A program made the translations under genes and the position numbers. The notes under the pieces are model-generated. The model worked only from the letters and a program-made list of their open reading frames with translations, was not told the DNA's origin and did no database searches. From Barthelona sp. PCE (lineage: Eukaryota): a stretch of DNA of 64,000 bases. Position 1 is the first letter of the stretch. Each line of letters opens with the position of its first letter. Location: assembly GCA_040285745.1 (NCBI GenBank), contig JAUFOR010000008.1, forward strand, positions 372,001-436,000, written 5' to 3'. Shown here one piece after another: positions 41,301-51,456 of the stretch.

Positions 41301-42944
41301 TGAGCAAGTGATGACAAATGCATCTAGCTTAGTGGAGTACAGTAGGTGAACGACGAATCCACCACCCAAAACAATAGACAGGGGGAGGAAGAGAGGTGTT
41401 GACCAATACAGAACTCCATCAAGACCTACTAGTGCAACTATTACAGAAACCAGCATGATTGAAACAAATGCAATGGTGCAACGGATGAATTGAGTTCTTA
41501 TAAGCCGAATCATAGGATGCTCTGCTTTAAAAGAAAAATTCATGCGTTGAACACATACCAATGTACATCTACCCATAACGATAAGGGGGAAGAATGCAAT
41601 GCATTCGATTATGATCATGTACGAGTGTGTGATGATAAACAATGGAATGGCAATAATAATTGAAATAATTTGGGCAAATATATAGAAATACCAAAAATTC
41701 TTATACTGGCCAGTTTTTTTCTCTAAATTCTCTTTCTTTGTTGGGTGGAAAGAGGGGAAGTAGCGCCAAGTTATGTACCAGAGAACAAGCAAACCGCTGA
41801 GAAGAACACTACCTACTAAAAATTCCCATTGGTTATGAGAAGAATCAATCATTTTGATTTCCGGAGCAGAAATCCAATTAGGTTTGACGATTCCAAGCAC
41901 AACATCACCTAAATAAATGATTGTGAAAAGAATATAAACAATAATTGAATTATTCTGTTTTCCTGAACGTAATAATGAAGTTCTTGCAAAATTAATAATT
42001 GTATCGACTGAATTCTTCTTTTTCAATCGGATGATTTCACCTACAATTCGACTAAGTAAAAATGAAAAACCAAAGAAAAAGATTATACTGTGACCAATGA
42101 AAACATAATTATAAGAACTCATAACAAGCGAAAAACGAATAGCAATAAACATAGCAAACATCATGGCAGGGTTGGAACTGTAAATGTTTGTTGGAAATAA
42201 CATAATACTGATATCAAATAACAGCAACATAACACTAGTAAGAAGTGCAGTGTATTTAGCACCAGATTTATCAATATTATGATGTACAATAGAGTATACA
42301 ACGAGGACAACAACACTGAGGAAGTAATAGAACCATCCATTGGATTCTTTTTGTTTAATTCTTAAATCCTTAATGTCCAGATTATTTTGTAACAATTTTT
42401 TCATTGTTATTTTGGGTAAATCTATTCTTTTTGTAAAGAAAAAGTATAAGAAATATGTGTTAAGACTTAGAAAAACAAAACTTAATGACATATAGGAATA
42501 CTGATCAGCAGTAACTACAATGTAAAAAAAGAATGCATATACAACACATAATGCAATAAAAACTGCAATTTTGCTAATGAAAGTTGTGATGAACTGCTTG
42601 GAAATAGATAGAACAAGCCATAATAATAATATTATTGTTGATATGATCATTGCAAAATGCATAAACAGAAATGCATCTGGTTTAATGTCAGACGCTACAA
42701 TATTTACCAGGAATATCACCAAGAATCCGACTGAAAAAACAATAGATACGAGTTGCAAGAAATACATTAATGCACTCATTTTAAAGAATTTTCTAAACGT
42801 CTTACCCTCAGTAAAACGACCCTTGATCTGCTTTAAAATATTTAAAAAAGGAAACAAGAACAATACTGCAAGAGTCAAATATTTCAATACAAGAGTAGAC
42901 CATTCATCGCGACCGATAAATGTTTCGGTTGTGAGGACTCCCAT
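38343..42944 (-). CDS. Multi-pass membrane calpain (DEK1-like: TM region, linker, CysPc, domain III)
   Basis: About 20 hydrophobic segments, then LGVCY, TVDDRLP, WVSILEKAYAKLYG, HAYAV, LRNP, W.G.SAGGC...NPQF, IVPFTFEP. Confidence 0.92.
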   Translation of the reverse strand: MGVLTTETFIGRDEWSTLVLKYLTLAVLFLFPFLNILKQIKGRFTEGKTFRKFFKMSALMYFLQLVSIVFSVGFLVIFLVNIVASDIKPDAFLFMHFAMIISTIILLLWLVLSISKQFITTFISKIAVFIALCVVYAFFFYIVVTADQYSYMSLSFVFLSLNTYFLYFFFTKRIDLPKITMKKLLQNNLDIKDLRIKQKESNGWFYYFLSVVVLVVYSIVHHNIDKSGAKYTALLTSVMLLLFDISIMLFPTNIYSSNPAMMFAMFIAIRFSLVMSSYNYVFIGHSIIFFFGFSFLLSRIVGEIIRLKKKNSVDTIINFARTSLLRSGKQNNSIIVYILFTIIYLGDVVLGIVKPNWISAPEIKMIDSSHNQWEFLVGSVLLSGLLVLWYITWRYFPSFHPTKKENLEKKTGQYKNFWYFYIFAQIISIIIAIPLFIITHSYMIIIECIAFFPLIVMGRCTLVCVQRMNFSFKAEHPMIRLIRTQFIRCTIAFVSIMLVSVIVALVGLDGVLYWSTPLFLPLSIVLGGGFVVHLLYSTKLDAFVITCSITSLISLLIWALVNSMVTVSAGIIFIVYVVTLFTLWRTEAFAIKTVVGVQMLVIGVLSIIGAVIGSMSVRKNALFQIGSGLSLLLVFLLVRTLRIYFVNDHYIPVKNRPLAITSSVGLVILSIIIGMQGEGIFWGTTITMTLFVLLLILVGLAEFPLLSSNGFHVCYTNNSVLPLLEFDVRVGRVFDISKYPLFLFGGLVLVVAWSMFAMVFLKPLQVSCAAFFIAFSLILYYCTHLKLLLSIKYNEIEDVVSRPLIDLAIEKSVGMLNLETDTTSKALNIDKTKSQLQQIEDSESNDLTGLVFDDVYSIDDFIIQKKKDLNNTTVDFQRWYIIESIHKKFKQRLDFSAVLFSRLFFSGISLIQEQALIILDYVNQVMGEQTDEEEGQSYTIDDIERMSQEERQKIIEHLQTSITTSDLKTKLENLENQMQNEEFIKGKFEQSINHEVHKHEVRKMESNIDSGLNALTAQRDGFISRNNELELKISDLQASISKLNPDDPSEAELINIQLIQMGEFKNLRNTVGQQLDRCLNQIDELHQKKSNIAVASPSPLPLLDMEEEMQRVRDSEEKFEDDFVYDFEAEDVNCTMARFSDMYEISGEISFGEGDPIQSEHLGVCYLITAFTLLKTNPQLVEQVFRAAIPDKGYYRVVFKNGEHEITVDDRLPVDDDGKLVLSRCSVEENPWVSILEKAYAKLYGSADRIQKGVVCHALADMIPNSFGEIIHFKDVSESFVTGLMWKQIREYFSSGFLVALGSFSSDVSTKDGIQSRHAYAVLSLVEIGQTKLLKLRNPLGGYEYTGNWSDVDRRWTPRLLKKLGHTLDVEDGEFFIAYEDITKYFRNMYVTMVFNSEWNQVIINSEWRGQSAGGCSNYGTFRHNPQFALTIDEPGEVYVVLRQEDARLTGKKHVAMGFSVHIMDASHDGRIIESRNEILCSEIAYRREIIGHTMIIPSKGNFLIVPFTFEPSNERSFTLTVISKQNVSLRSL

Positions 42945-43011
42945 TTATGAAATTGACTCAAAAATAAAGTTGAAAGGAAAGTGATAATCAAAAACATCTC
43001 TTTTTTATTAA

Positions 43012-44015
43012 CTAGGCTTTGCTCTCTACTTCATCGGACTTAGTAGGGTTCTCGAAGGCATTCTTTTGTAAATTTCTACTATGTCTAACGTTTCTTAATA
43101 ACTCAGTACACAAACTAACCTTCACTAACGTTTGTTCAATACTGTCCTTAAATGATTCATTGAAATCTTCTGTCAAAATGTGACTGTGTTGTAACAAAAC
43201 ACTTAATAATTCTTGTCCTAATTGACTATCTTCTACACTAGGACCTTCAGATACAAGATCAACCAACATTTCTTTAGCGTAAGTTAAATATTCACGCAAA
43301 GAAGAAATATCAGAACGAATCAGATCAATGGCACTCAGACGATCTGTAGATTTTGGTAACGAATCAACGTCATTATCTTCATAGTTCTTCATAATAGAAA
43401 TTGCCAATGCTTGAGAAGCAGGAATATGACGACGTAAATCGATAGGAATCCACTGAAGATCCTGAGAATAATCATGCTGATCAGCGTTCTTAAGTTTTTC
43501 ATACAAATCATAGGTAATTGAATGTGCAATAATGGGAATATCAAGTGTCTCAAGCGTTGTGTCAAGATGAACGTGAACAAGGACTTTTAAAGGACCTACA
43601 ATGTCACGGAATGCGTTGGCAAGGCCACCAACAATCTTGCTATCAAATGAACCAGTTGTATAAAAACCTAAAACTGAAAGATTAGTATGCATAATCAAAT
43701 CCATGGCGGTTGAAACGGACTTGGAGAATTGGATCTAAATGTTAGTGTAACTTTTTGTTGGGAGTTAAAACGGATGAATTCAAATATCATTGCGAATTAA
43801 CTCAAAATGCATACGTTGCTCTCAGTATCGTCAGACGAACTAAAAACACAGGCATAGCTGGAAACAACAGTGATGGCGTTGTTTATAGCAGCATTACCAA
43901 CCAAGATGCCGCAAACGAGTGGAGAATCGACTTGTCGAACCTTAAAATGATCAAGAATGTGAAAAATTGGTGTAGCTTCGATAGAGATGTACGGAACTAA
44001 GGGATTCTGTAGCAT
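43012..44015 (-). CDS. EIF3F: Translation initiation factor eIF3 subunit F (MPN-), 2 exons (44015-43815, 43734-43012)
   Basis: IFHILDHF..R....V.G.LVG, VLGFYTTG, HVHLDT, D..LG..L...EDF. Removing the intron joins two ORF-track fragments in frame. PSMD7/CSN6 is a less likely alternative. Confidence 0.75.
43735..43814 (-). other. Spliceosomal intron in eIF3f (80 nt)
   Basis: GTATGC...ACTAACATTTAG; phase 0. Confidence 0.9.
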
Positions 44016-44419
44016 TGTCAAAGTGTGAAAGTGCGAAAAGGAGTAAAAAATGCTTTTGCAATGGTTTAGAACAGTACAGAATTGCTGTACGCTATTGTGT
44101 CGCAGATACAGTGTGGAACGTTGTCTTAAATATTTGCTAAATTCAGTTTGTTGAAGCATTTTTGATTTCAGAAATTTACTACTGTTTGTTACAACAGTTT
44201 GGAATTATACCGGGGTAAGATGCCACAATACATGAATTAATCGTTTATAAAACGTCATTCTGTTGGACAGGTAAACACACCAAGTGTGGTGAAAATCTAG
44301 TGTTTTTATGTAGACTAGGGGTCACAACTTTCACATAATACCCAATTTATAAGTGAAATACGCTTCATAACGATTTTGGATGCTGTATTCTATTTCTCAC
44401 ATCCTTTCAATCATCCTTT

Positions 44420-46015
44420 ATGATAACCACGCTTAGAAGTTTGCTCGATGCACATTTAACGCGAGCGGCTTCATCAATCCAAACAGCTATTGACGAAACT
44501 CATCGACAGATAGATAGTATTCGTCATCAAAAGCAAAGGGACATTCAAGAGCTGAACGTTTATTTAGCCAAGCTTTCGCGTAGTATCGAAAAAGGCTCTG
44601 AGTTACCTATAGCCCCATCCTCCTTAACAATCCCCAAACCAGCGCCATTAAAGCCTATCACATTTTCCCCAAGGGAGGACACAGAGAGATTGCGCCCTTT
44701 GCGTAGAAAAACTAGAACTAGCCTTCGAGATTCAATGTTTGAAGATGTGGATGATGATGATACCGATTCTGAAGAATCAAGTGAGGAACTGAGTGACCCA
44801 GAAGAAGAAAACATCAGCATTTCACCCCCTAAAAGAACGAACGGAGGTATTTCCATGGATTTCTTGAGGGAACAAATTGATGAAGATGAAGATGTGTTAA
44901 GCGAACCAGAAGATTCCCGTTTAGCTGAAGGCTTGGTGGAACTAGAAGTGAGAGTCAATGAGAGAGATGATTTAACAGCTATTGATAACACAGACTGGCA
45001 TCCTAAAGCTGATCAACGAGTTTCTTTCATTTTAACAACAGAACAACAGGATATGCTGTCAATAATAGAAAAGAAGAAGAAGAAGGATGTAGAACGTATG
45101 AAACGTGAGAAAGAAAAAGAAGATTTAATGATGGAATTCGCTTTGTATGGTGGTGATGCCAAAAAAAAAAGAGAATTATTAGCTAAACTAGATGCTCTTG
45201 AAACAGAAGGTACTACAGTTGTTGAAGAAGCCTTTGAAGAAGCTATAGAAGAAGCTGAAGAAACTGAAAAGGTTGAAATATCTACTGAAGAAGAAGACAT
45301 GATTAGCAAAATTATGGAAATGCATTTAGAATTAAGTGATGTGATAGATCATTTCTCTGCATTAGATTTAACTGATGAATTGCAACAAGCAACAGAGATT
45401 AAAAAATCGCATAAGAATTCACGTTGGTTGTTTGGATCAAGTTTGAATCACAGTTTAAAGGATACAGAAATGTTAGTACTCAGTTTAGCACAATCTATTT
45501 TTGTTCATAATGAATTTAATGATCGTATTCTCGCTAATGTTTACTACAATCTGACTGATGATATAAATATACCACCTTTCCCACATAGTAATTGGGAAAG
45601 TATAGGTTTTCAAGGTGATGATCCCGCCACTGATTTTCGTGGTGTTGGTATTTTTGGTCTGTTACAATTATTCTTTTTTTCCAATTGCAGTAATGCCAAA
45701 AAATGTTTAGAAATTTCAAAAGAAAGAATTATTCCTTTTACTTTGGTTAATTTTAACATAACTAGTTTATTACTCAATTGTTTACGTTCTGCAGACCTAT
45801 ATAAATTAATTAATACACAATATAGGTCGTCAGGTAACCCAGGTATCATCATATCAGTGTTAAATGATCTACATTTAGGTTGTTGGTTATATCTTTTAGA
45901 AAAAGGTGATCAGTTCAGCTTTACGGCATTTTCTGAATTAAAGAATGAGATCATTGAACATTTAAAGAGTAATCCGGAACGAATTTTTAATTTGGCTCAA
46001 GAATTTGAGCAGTAA
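44420..46015 (+). CDS. ELMO-domain (ELMOD) Arf/Arl GAP
   Basis: WESIGFQGDDPATDFRGVG.FGLLQL, PF....NIT; acidic N-terminal half. Confidence 0.9.
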   Translation: MITTLRSLLDAHLTRAASSIQTAIDETHRQIDSIRHQKQRDIQELNVYLAKLSRSIEKGSELPIAPSSLTIPKPAPLKPITFSPREDTERLRPLRRKTRTSLRDSMFEDVDDDDTDSEESSEELSDPEEENISISPPKRTNGGISMDFLREQIDEDEDVLSEPEDSRLAEGLVELEVRVNERDDLTAIDNTDWHPKADQRVSFILTTEQQDMLSIIEKKKKKDVERMKREKEKEDLMMEFALYGGDAKKKRELLAKLDALETEGTTVVEEAFEEAIEEAEETEKVEISTEEEDMISKIMEMHLELSDVIDHFSALDLTDELQQATEIKKSHKNSRWLFGSSLNHSLKDTEMLVLSLAQSIFVHNEFNDRILANVYYNLTDDINIPPFPHSNWESIGFQGDDPATDFRGVGIFGLLQLFFFSNCSNAKKCLEISKERIIPFTLVNFNITSLLLNCLRSADLYKLINTQYRSSGNPGIIISVLNDLHLGCWLYLLEKGDQFSFTAFSELKNEIIEHLKSNPERIFNLAQEFEQ

Positions 46016-46054
46016 ATGTGCTTTGTTTTTTTTTTCCTACTTTCTTAATTTTTT

Positions 46055-48289
46055 ATGGTTCTTTTACATCCTCCGCCACGTAAATTTCCGTCATGGAAGA
46101 TTGTAACACAGTGTGATGGTTTAAAAGAACGTTTTGAAAACTGTATTGAAAATTTCATTCAGGAGTTGAAGATTGAAGAGCCATCTTTCGCTTACACTGT
46201 TGCAGATTTTCACGCCATGTGGGTTTACTTGGTAGAAGCAAGCGATTATTATCTTGGTCGTTTTGGACATTTTCGTCATCTTACAAAGAAGATACCGTTT
46301 GAATACTTCATAGATTTCGACAAGGGTGATGGGATAATATGCCGACACATTCTAGGAAGTTTCTTAGACTTTATTGAAGAGAGAAAACTAGATTTGAGTG
46401 AACTTTCTGAAATGATTAAACAGAAACCTAACATTACCAATAGTGATCAAAGGATGCTTGCAGCAAATGAGAATTTCACTCAACATCTCATTCGGCGGTT
46501 CAATCTTCCTATTGGAAGTGATTATGTGGAAGCTTCGTATCAAATTGGTTTAGCAAGCAGTTTAGCTCCATACGAACCAATTGATATTGTTGAATTCCCT
46601 GAAGAAGAGGTTCCTGCATTCATCGAGTGGTCGCGTGATTTGTATCAAAGTTTGAAACAACAAAAATATATTGCAACATACAAAATTTTCATTGAAGAAG
46701 ATGTTTTGCCCATTCACAAGGCTCTTATTCAACAGGCATGTCACTCAATGCAAGTTCCTATTGTCACCGATCGCCGTGAGGCAACGCATATTCTTCTTAG
46801 TGATACTCTAACTAGTTGTGGTGAGTGGAACGAGGTTGATTTTTACAGTGTTGAGTTCTCAAAGTTCAGAAGTGAACAAGAGCTACGAGTAAGCTGGTGG
46901 TATTACCCCGATAGTTACGATGTGTTCCTTCCACAGTTTTTTTTCGTAAGGCAGACTATTAATGGTAAGCAGTACAAGATGTTGGATTTGAAGAAGTTGC
47001 GTAAGAGCAATTATGATGTTCTCCGTGAGGCAAAGAAGGGAAGGAGACCAAAAGATAGAGTTTTGCGTGATAAGAACAACGTTCGTCGTACAAAAAGATC
47101 AGTAACTAACGTTCGTTGTCGTTGGATACTTGACTGGTTTTACTTTAACGAGGAGGTATCCTGTTTTGACTATGAAGAAATCCTACCTGAACTCAAAACA
47201 TCGCATCTAAAGCAGGAAAAGAAGCAAAGACAAGACGCCCGTTATGAAGAAATGGTTCCCGTCTTGGAACAGCCAGTACATTCTACACCAGGTGTTGGTA
47301 TCCCAGTACCGCACAAGATGGGGCTGGTTTCCTACGTCCCTAATGTCGTTTTGTCGGAAGACAGCTTAATCAAGACTTTAGTTGACGTTAAGGTCAACCC
47401 ACATTTGAATGCTGCGAAACAGGTATCACAGATCGAATATGTAACACCAGAAATTGCTTCTTGGTTTAACCCAGATAGTGTGAGTGAGGTTGAGATTAAG
47501 ACATTAGGTATTAAGGGTGCTGTAGAATATAACCGATATCGCAAAGTGCGTAACTTTTGTGTATCAGCGTACAGAATGAACCCAAGTATCTACTTCTCAG
47601 TTACAGCTGCACGTAGAGCATTGAGTGTTGATGTTAACTACATTTACAAAGTCCACTGCTTCTTAGAGCGTTGGGGTTTGATTAATTACAGTGGTGGACG
47701 TCAATTACCCAATCCACAACAACGTGTACCTAAATTGGTTGTTACTGACAATGAGTTGAACAGACAGCAACGTACATTAATGCGTTACACTTCAGAGAAG
47801 GTAAAATTAGTTCAAGAGTATTTTGAAAAAAATGTGCATGAAGATCATTCTACTCTTACTGAATCAGACTGGAAAGCTATTGCTCAGGAATTGGATATGG
47901 TGGTAACTGATTTGAAAGTAATTTTCTGTGGTAGCTTTACGAATGCCAATCATGAACCTAAGTTACCTGAAGATTCAACTAAGATGGAACAAGCTGATAT
48001 CAGTCGAGATGTTTCTGAAGTTTCGAAAGAAATTGATGAGGAGATTCGTGATGCTGTGTATTCCACAATTCATCAAGAAGTTCAATTATTAAATGATAAA
48101 ATTCAGACTTTTTCTGATCGCTCCAATCAGATGGAGAAGTATTTTAATCAATTGAGAATGTATGAGAATAGACTGATGGATAAAGCCATTGAATTACGTA
48201 AGCGTGAATTAGTAATTGAAGAACTTGAATCAAAGTATGCGAAAGAAGAGGAACAAAACGATTCTGAAATGATGATGATTGATGAGTAA
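46055..48289 (+). CDS. SMARCC: SWI/SNF subunit SMARCC/SWI3
   Basis: SWIRM domain (SWF...V.E.E, Y...RNF....YRMNP..Y.SVTAARR, VHCFLERWGLINY), N-terminal WYYPDSYD and RWILD...FNE, C-terminal leucine zipper. Confidence 0.88.
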   Translation: MVLLHPPPRKFPSWKIVTQCDGLKERFENCIENFIQELKIEEPSFAYTVADFHAMWVYLVEASDYYLGRFGHFRHLTKKIPFEYFIDFDKGDGIICRHILGSFLDFIEERKLDLSELSEMIKQKPNITNSDQRMLAANENFTQHLIRRFNLPIGSDYVEASYQIGLASSLAPYEPIDIVEFPEEEVPAFIEWSRDLYQSLKQQKYIATYKIFIEEDVLPIHKALIQQACHSMQVPIVTDRREATHILLSDTLTSCGEWNEVDFYSVEFSKFRSEQELRVSWWYYPDSYDVFLPQFFFVRQTINGKQYKMLDLKKLRKSNYDVLREAKKGRRPKDRVLRDKNNVRRTKRSVTNVRCRWILDWFYFNEEVSCFDYEEILPELKTSHLKQEKKQRQDARYEEMVPVLEQPVHSTPGVGIPVPHKMGLVSYVPNVVLSEDSLIKTLVDVKVNPHLNAAKQVSQIEYVTPEIASWFNPDSVSEVEIKTLGIKGAVEYNRYRKVRNFCVSAYRMNPSIYFSVTAARRALSVDVNYIYKVHCFLERWGLINYSGGRQLPNPQQRVPKLVVTDNELNRQQRTLMRYTSEKVKLVQEYFEKNVHEDHSTLTESDWKAIAQELDMVVTDLKVIFCGSFTNANHEPKLPEDSTKMEQADISRDVSEVSKEIDEEIRDAVYSTIHQEVQLLNDKIQTFSDRSNQMEKYFNQLRMYENRLMDKAIELRKRELVIEELESKYAKEEEQNDSEMMMIDE

Positions 48290-48320
48290 AGACAATTAGA
48301 TTTATTTGTAAATACACTAG

Positions 48321-49529
48321 TTAGTATTCAGGGTAACTGCTGGAATATCCAATGGAACCTTCCATTGTACTGTGGAAGTCAAATGTAAGCTTCTTAGGAT
48401 CTTCCCAAGGGAATTCATTACGACCAAAATGACCGAAACAACTGGTAGGTGTGAAAATAGGACGTTGTAAACCGAGATCACGAATAATACAACCGGGGCG
48501 AAGATCAAAGTTATCGGCTACAATTTGTGTGAGGAGCTCATCATCAAAGCGACCAGTACCATAACTGTCAACGAAAACACTTAAAGGTTGAGCTAAACCA
48601 ATAGCATAAGAGATTTGAACCATGATACGTGTGCATAATTGAGCATGAACCAAAGACTTGGCGATCCAACGGGCAGCATAAGCAGCAGAACGATCGACCT
48701 TTGTGGCATCCTTTCCTGAAAAAGCACCACCACCATGGGCTCCCCAACCACCGTATGTGTCAACAATGATCTTACGGCCGGTGAGACCAGCGTCAGCGGC
48801 GGGACCACCAAGGGTGAAACGACCACTTGGGTTAATGTGATAGATTGTCTCCTCATCAAACATATCGCGAGGAAGAACAGAGGTGATGTGAGGCATAAGT
48901 GCTTCACGAATTTCTTCGTTTGTAACATTATCCTTGTGTTGTGTACTGACAAGAACGGTGTGAACTCGGATGGGAATGGGGTTAGAGTTCTCATAGAGAT
49001 ACTCAACTGTGACCTGAGACTTACAGTCAGGTAATAACCACTCGACTTCACCTGATTCTCTCAAGTCAGCAAGAAGCTTCACAATCTTTTGGGAAAGAAC
49101 ATATGAGAGAGGGAGTAGTTCCTCAGTTTCGTTGCAAGCGTAACCAAACATGAGACCCTGATCACCAGCACCAAATGTTTCAGCGTTCTTAGCAACGTGA
49201 ACAGCGTTGGCAATCTCTTGAGATTGTTGTTCGATGTAGACATCAACTGCACATGTGTCACAGTTAAGGCCGGACTCATCACTGATAAATCCACACTCAC
49301 GGGCGGCTTGACGAGCGACAGCCTCGAAATCAACTTTGCTATCAGTAGATATCTCACCCAAAAGGATGATTCTGTTGCCCTTGGTAGCTGTCTCGCATGC
49401 AACGCGAGAATTGGGATCGTCTTTTAAGCAAGCATCGAGAACAGCATCGCTTACTCGATCACACATCTTGTCAGGATGACCGAGACCCACAGCTTCAGAA
49501 GTAAACAAAAATGATCTGACGGAAGGCAT
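48321..49529 (-). CDS. MAT: S-adenosylmethionine synthetase
   Basis: FTSE, GHPDK, GAGDQG, GLTGRKIIVDTYGG, GGGAFSGKD..KVDRSAAY. ATG at 49529. Confidence 0.97.
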   Translation of the reverse strand: MPSVRSFLFTSEAVGLGHPDKMCDRVSDAVLDACLKDDPNSRVACETATKGNRIILLGEISTDSKVDFEAVARQAARECGFISDESGLNCDTCAVDVYIEQQSQEIANAVHVAKNAETFGAGDQGLMFGYACNETEELLPLSYVLSQKIVKLLADLRESGEVEWLLPDCKSQVTVEYLYENSNPIPIRVHTVLVSTQHKDNVTNEEIREALMPHITSVLPRDMFDEETIYHINPSGRFTLGGPAADAGLTGRKIIVDTYGGWGAHGGGAFSGKDATKVDRSAAYAARWIAKSLVHAQLCTRIMVQISYAIGLAQPLSVFVDSYGTGRFDDELLTQIVADNFDLRPGCIIRDLGLQRPIFTPTSCFGHFGRNEFPWEDPKKLTFDFHSTMEGSIGYSSSYPEY

Positions 49530-49833
49530 TTTTTGACACGTAAAGTGTTGAAAAGGTGAAAAAAGTTCAAAAAAGAAAGATACTGACTTTTTCATATACC
49601 TCTTTGAAAAAAGTAGTCAGAAAGCACAGAACCCGGAGCTCTGAGTGGATAGAATCTTTTGTACATACATTTTTGGTTGAAATATTTTTTCAAAGATTTG
49701 AAGCAGTTTTGTCACAAAATAACAGTTAAAGTACTTATAAAAGTACGAAAACAGCCTGGGAGATGAGGTTATAGATTTTTTCGCTAAAGTTTCACTTTTT
49801 TTATGGAATTTGAAGATAAAACAAGGAACAATT

Positions 49834-50694
49834 ATGGGAACACAGTCTTTTAAGCGCAATTCACTCCTTCATTTAAGAAGATTGTTAAGCATTTTATGCA
49901 AATCACCTGTATTTTTATTCTTCATCACTTTATTAATTGGGCAAGGTACATATCTGATTGCTATGATTGAAGATTCTCGCATTGTCACAAACAAACCGGT
50001 CGAAATCTTTTCAAAAGGCTATACCTTTCTTGTAGTTTTAGTTGTTATTATCTGTTTCTTTGGGCAGATAATTCCCTTGTTGTTTTCAACACACGAGCTC
50101 TTTTATCTCACCCAGCAAGACAGGATACCATGGTTTGCACTTACTATTTTAATGTGTATCTATATTGCATTTGGTTTACGTTTGTGGTTTGTTAAGAGCA
50201 TCCCTCCGTTCGGAACCGTCGAGTCCAAGCGATTCATGGTGACATGTGTTATATATGGATCAATTTTGTTATTTGTATTTCTTTACACCTGCATGTTTGT
50301 GTGGTTTGATAATGATAAAGAAAGTATATTTGTGCGCTGTTACACAATTTTCCTTGGATTGCTATTTATTTTAGCAATATTTTTCATTGTTAAAACATGG
50401 AAACACCAACAAAGATTGCAACGAATTGCTCAAGTACGAAATAATTCAGCACGTCGTTCAAGGAAGAGTACATATCAACCAGGTGTCATCACATCTGACA
50501 TATTAGAAAACGGTGGACTTCCTCAAGTACAAAATCCCCTTCATCAACAAGTAGATATGACTTCTAAATTTAAGAATGCACGTATTTTAGATACGGAGGA
50601 GTACGAGGAGAAACAGAGACAGCAGGTAATTGATAGACAGAATGCTGTTATAGATTCAATTGTTAAGAACCATATAACCCGAAAGGAATACTGA
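49834..50694 (+). CDS. Hypothetical 5-TM membrane protein
   Basis: Five hydrophobic segments and a charged tail; first ATG at 49834. Confidence 0.7.
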   Translation: MGTQSFKRNSLLHLRRLLSILCKSPVFLFFITLLIGQGTYLIAMIEDSRIVTNKPVEIFSKGYTFLVVLVVIICFFGQIIPLLFSTHELFYLTQQDRIPWFALTILMCIYIAFGLRLWFVKSIPPFGTVESKRFMVTCVIYGSILLFVFLYTCMFVWFDNDKESIFVRCYTIFLGLLFILAIFFIVKTWKHQQRLQRIAQVRNNSARRSRKSTYQPGVITSDILENGGLPQVQNPLHQQVDMTSKFKNARILDTEEYEEKQRQQVIDRQNAVIDSIVKNHITRKEY

Positions 50695-50697
50695 TCA

Positions 50698-51264
50698 TCA
50701 TCGTCCAGAAAAATGTTCATCTCTGTATTTAGCATATATAGAATGTTCACCAAATATTTTTGGTACTTTTATACTTTCAGTTGTTGGAACTTCTTCTTTT
50801 TCAGTTTGATCTGAGTATTGTTCTATCAATTTTCCAATTTTTAGCAATTCTTCAAGATTCTTTCGCTCTAGTTCAGCTCTATCTTGTAGAATTTCAATAG
50901 CTTCCTTTTTTTGTTCATCTTGCTGTTTTGGAATGATTTTTTGTTGTACTGCAACACAGTTTAGATCTGCAATATAATCAGAAGTTTCAACATCAGTTCG
51001 GACCGAAAAATATTGCAAACAACGTGGGCATTTCATTACAAACCGAAAAGAGCTTAATCCCATATAAGCATTCTGTATCTTTTCTTTTTTTGCATATAAT
51101 CGTGTACCCCTTCGAATAAATTCATCACAATTCAAACATTTAACAGTGATCGGGACATCAATCCTGGTTGAAATATTAGATTTCTTAGATTTTGTTTTTC
51201 TTTTCAATCGTGCATATTCAAATCCCTTCGGCAGATATTTTGATGCACCCTTTCGCTCACTCAT
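50698..51264 (-). CDS. YJU2: Splicing factor YJU2/CCDC94
   Basis: MSERK...KY.P..F, C..C.EFI..G....AKKE, Y.G...FRF..KCP.C, TD....DY. Confidence 0.9.
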   Translation of the reverse strand: MSERKGASKYLPKGFEYARLKRKTKSKKSNISTRIDVPITVKCLNCDEFIRRGTRLYAKKEKIQNAYMGLSSFRFVMKCPRCLQYFSVRTDVETSDYIADLNCVAVQQKIIPKQQDEQKKEAIEILQDRAELERKNLEELLKIGKLIEQYSDQTEKEEVPTTESIKVPKIFGEHSIYAKYRDEHFSGR

Positions 51265-51456
51265 AATGGTTTAAAACTCTGAAAAAGTTAATAAAGTCCC
51301 AAACGATGTTTTGTCATTTTTAACCTTTCTCAGACAAACAATTTCATTCACGAGTGAGAACTGTTGCATAATAGCCATTTCCTTTGAGTTATATATTGTT
51401 TTGTTATAGTTTTTTTTGTTACTTTTTTTTTCTGGTTTGTTGCAAGCATTTGATTG

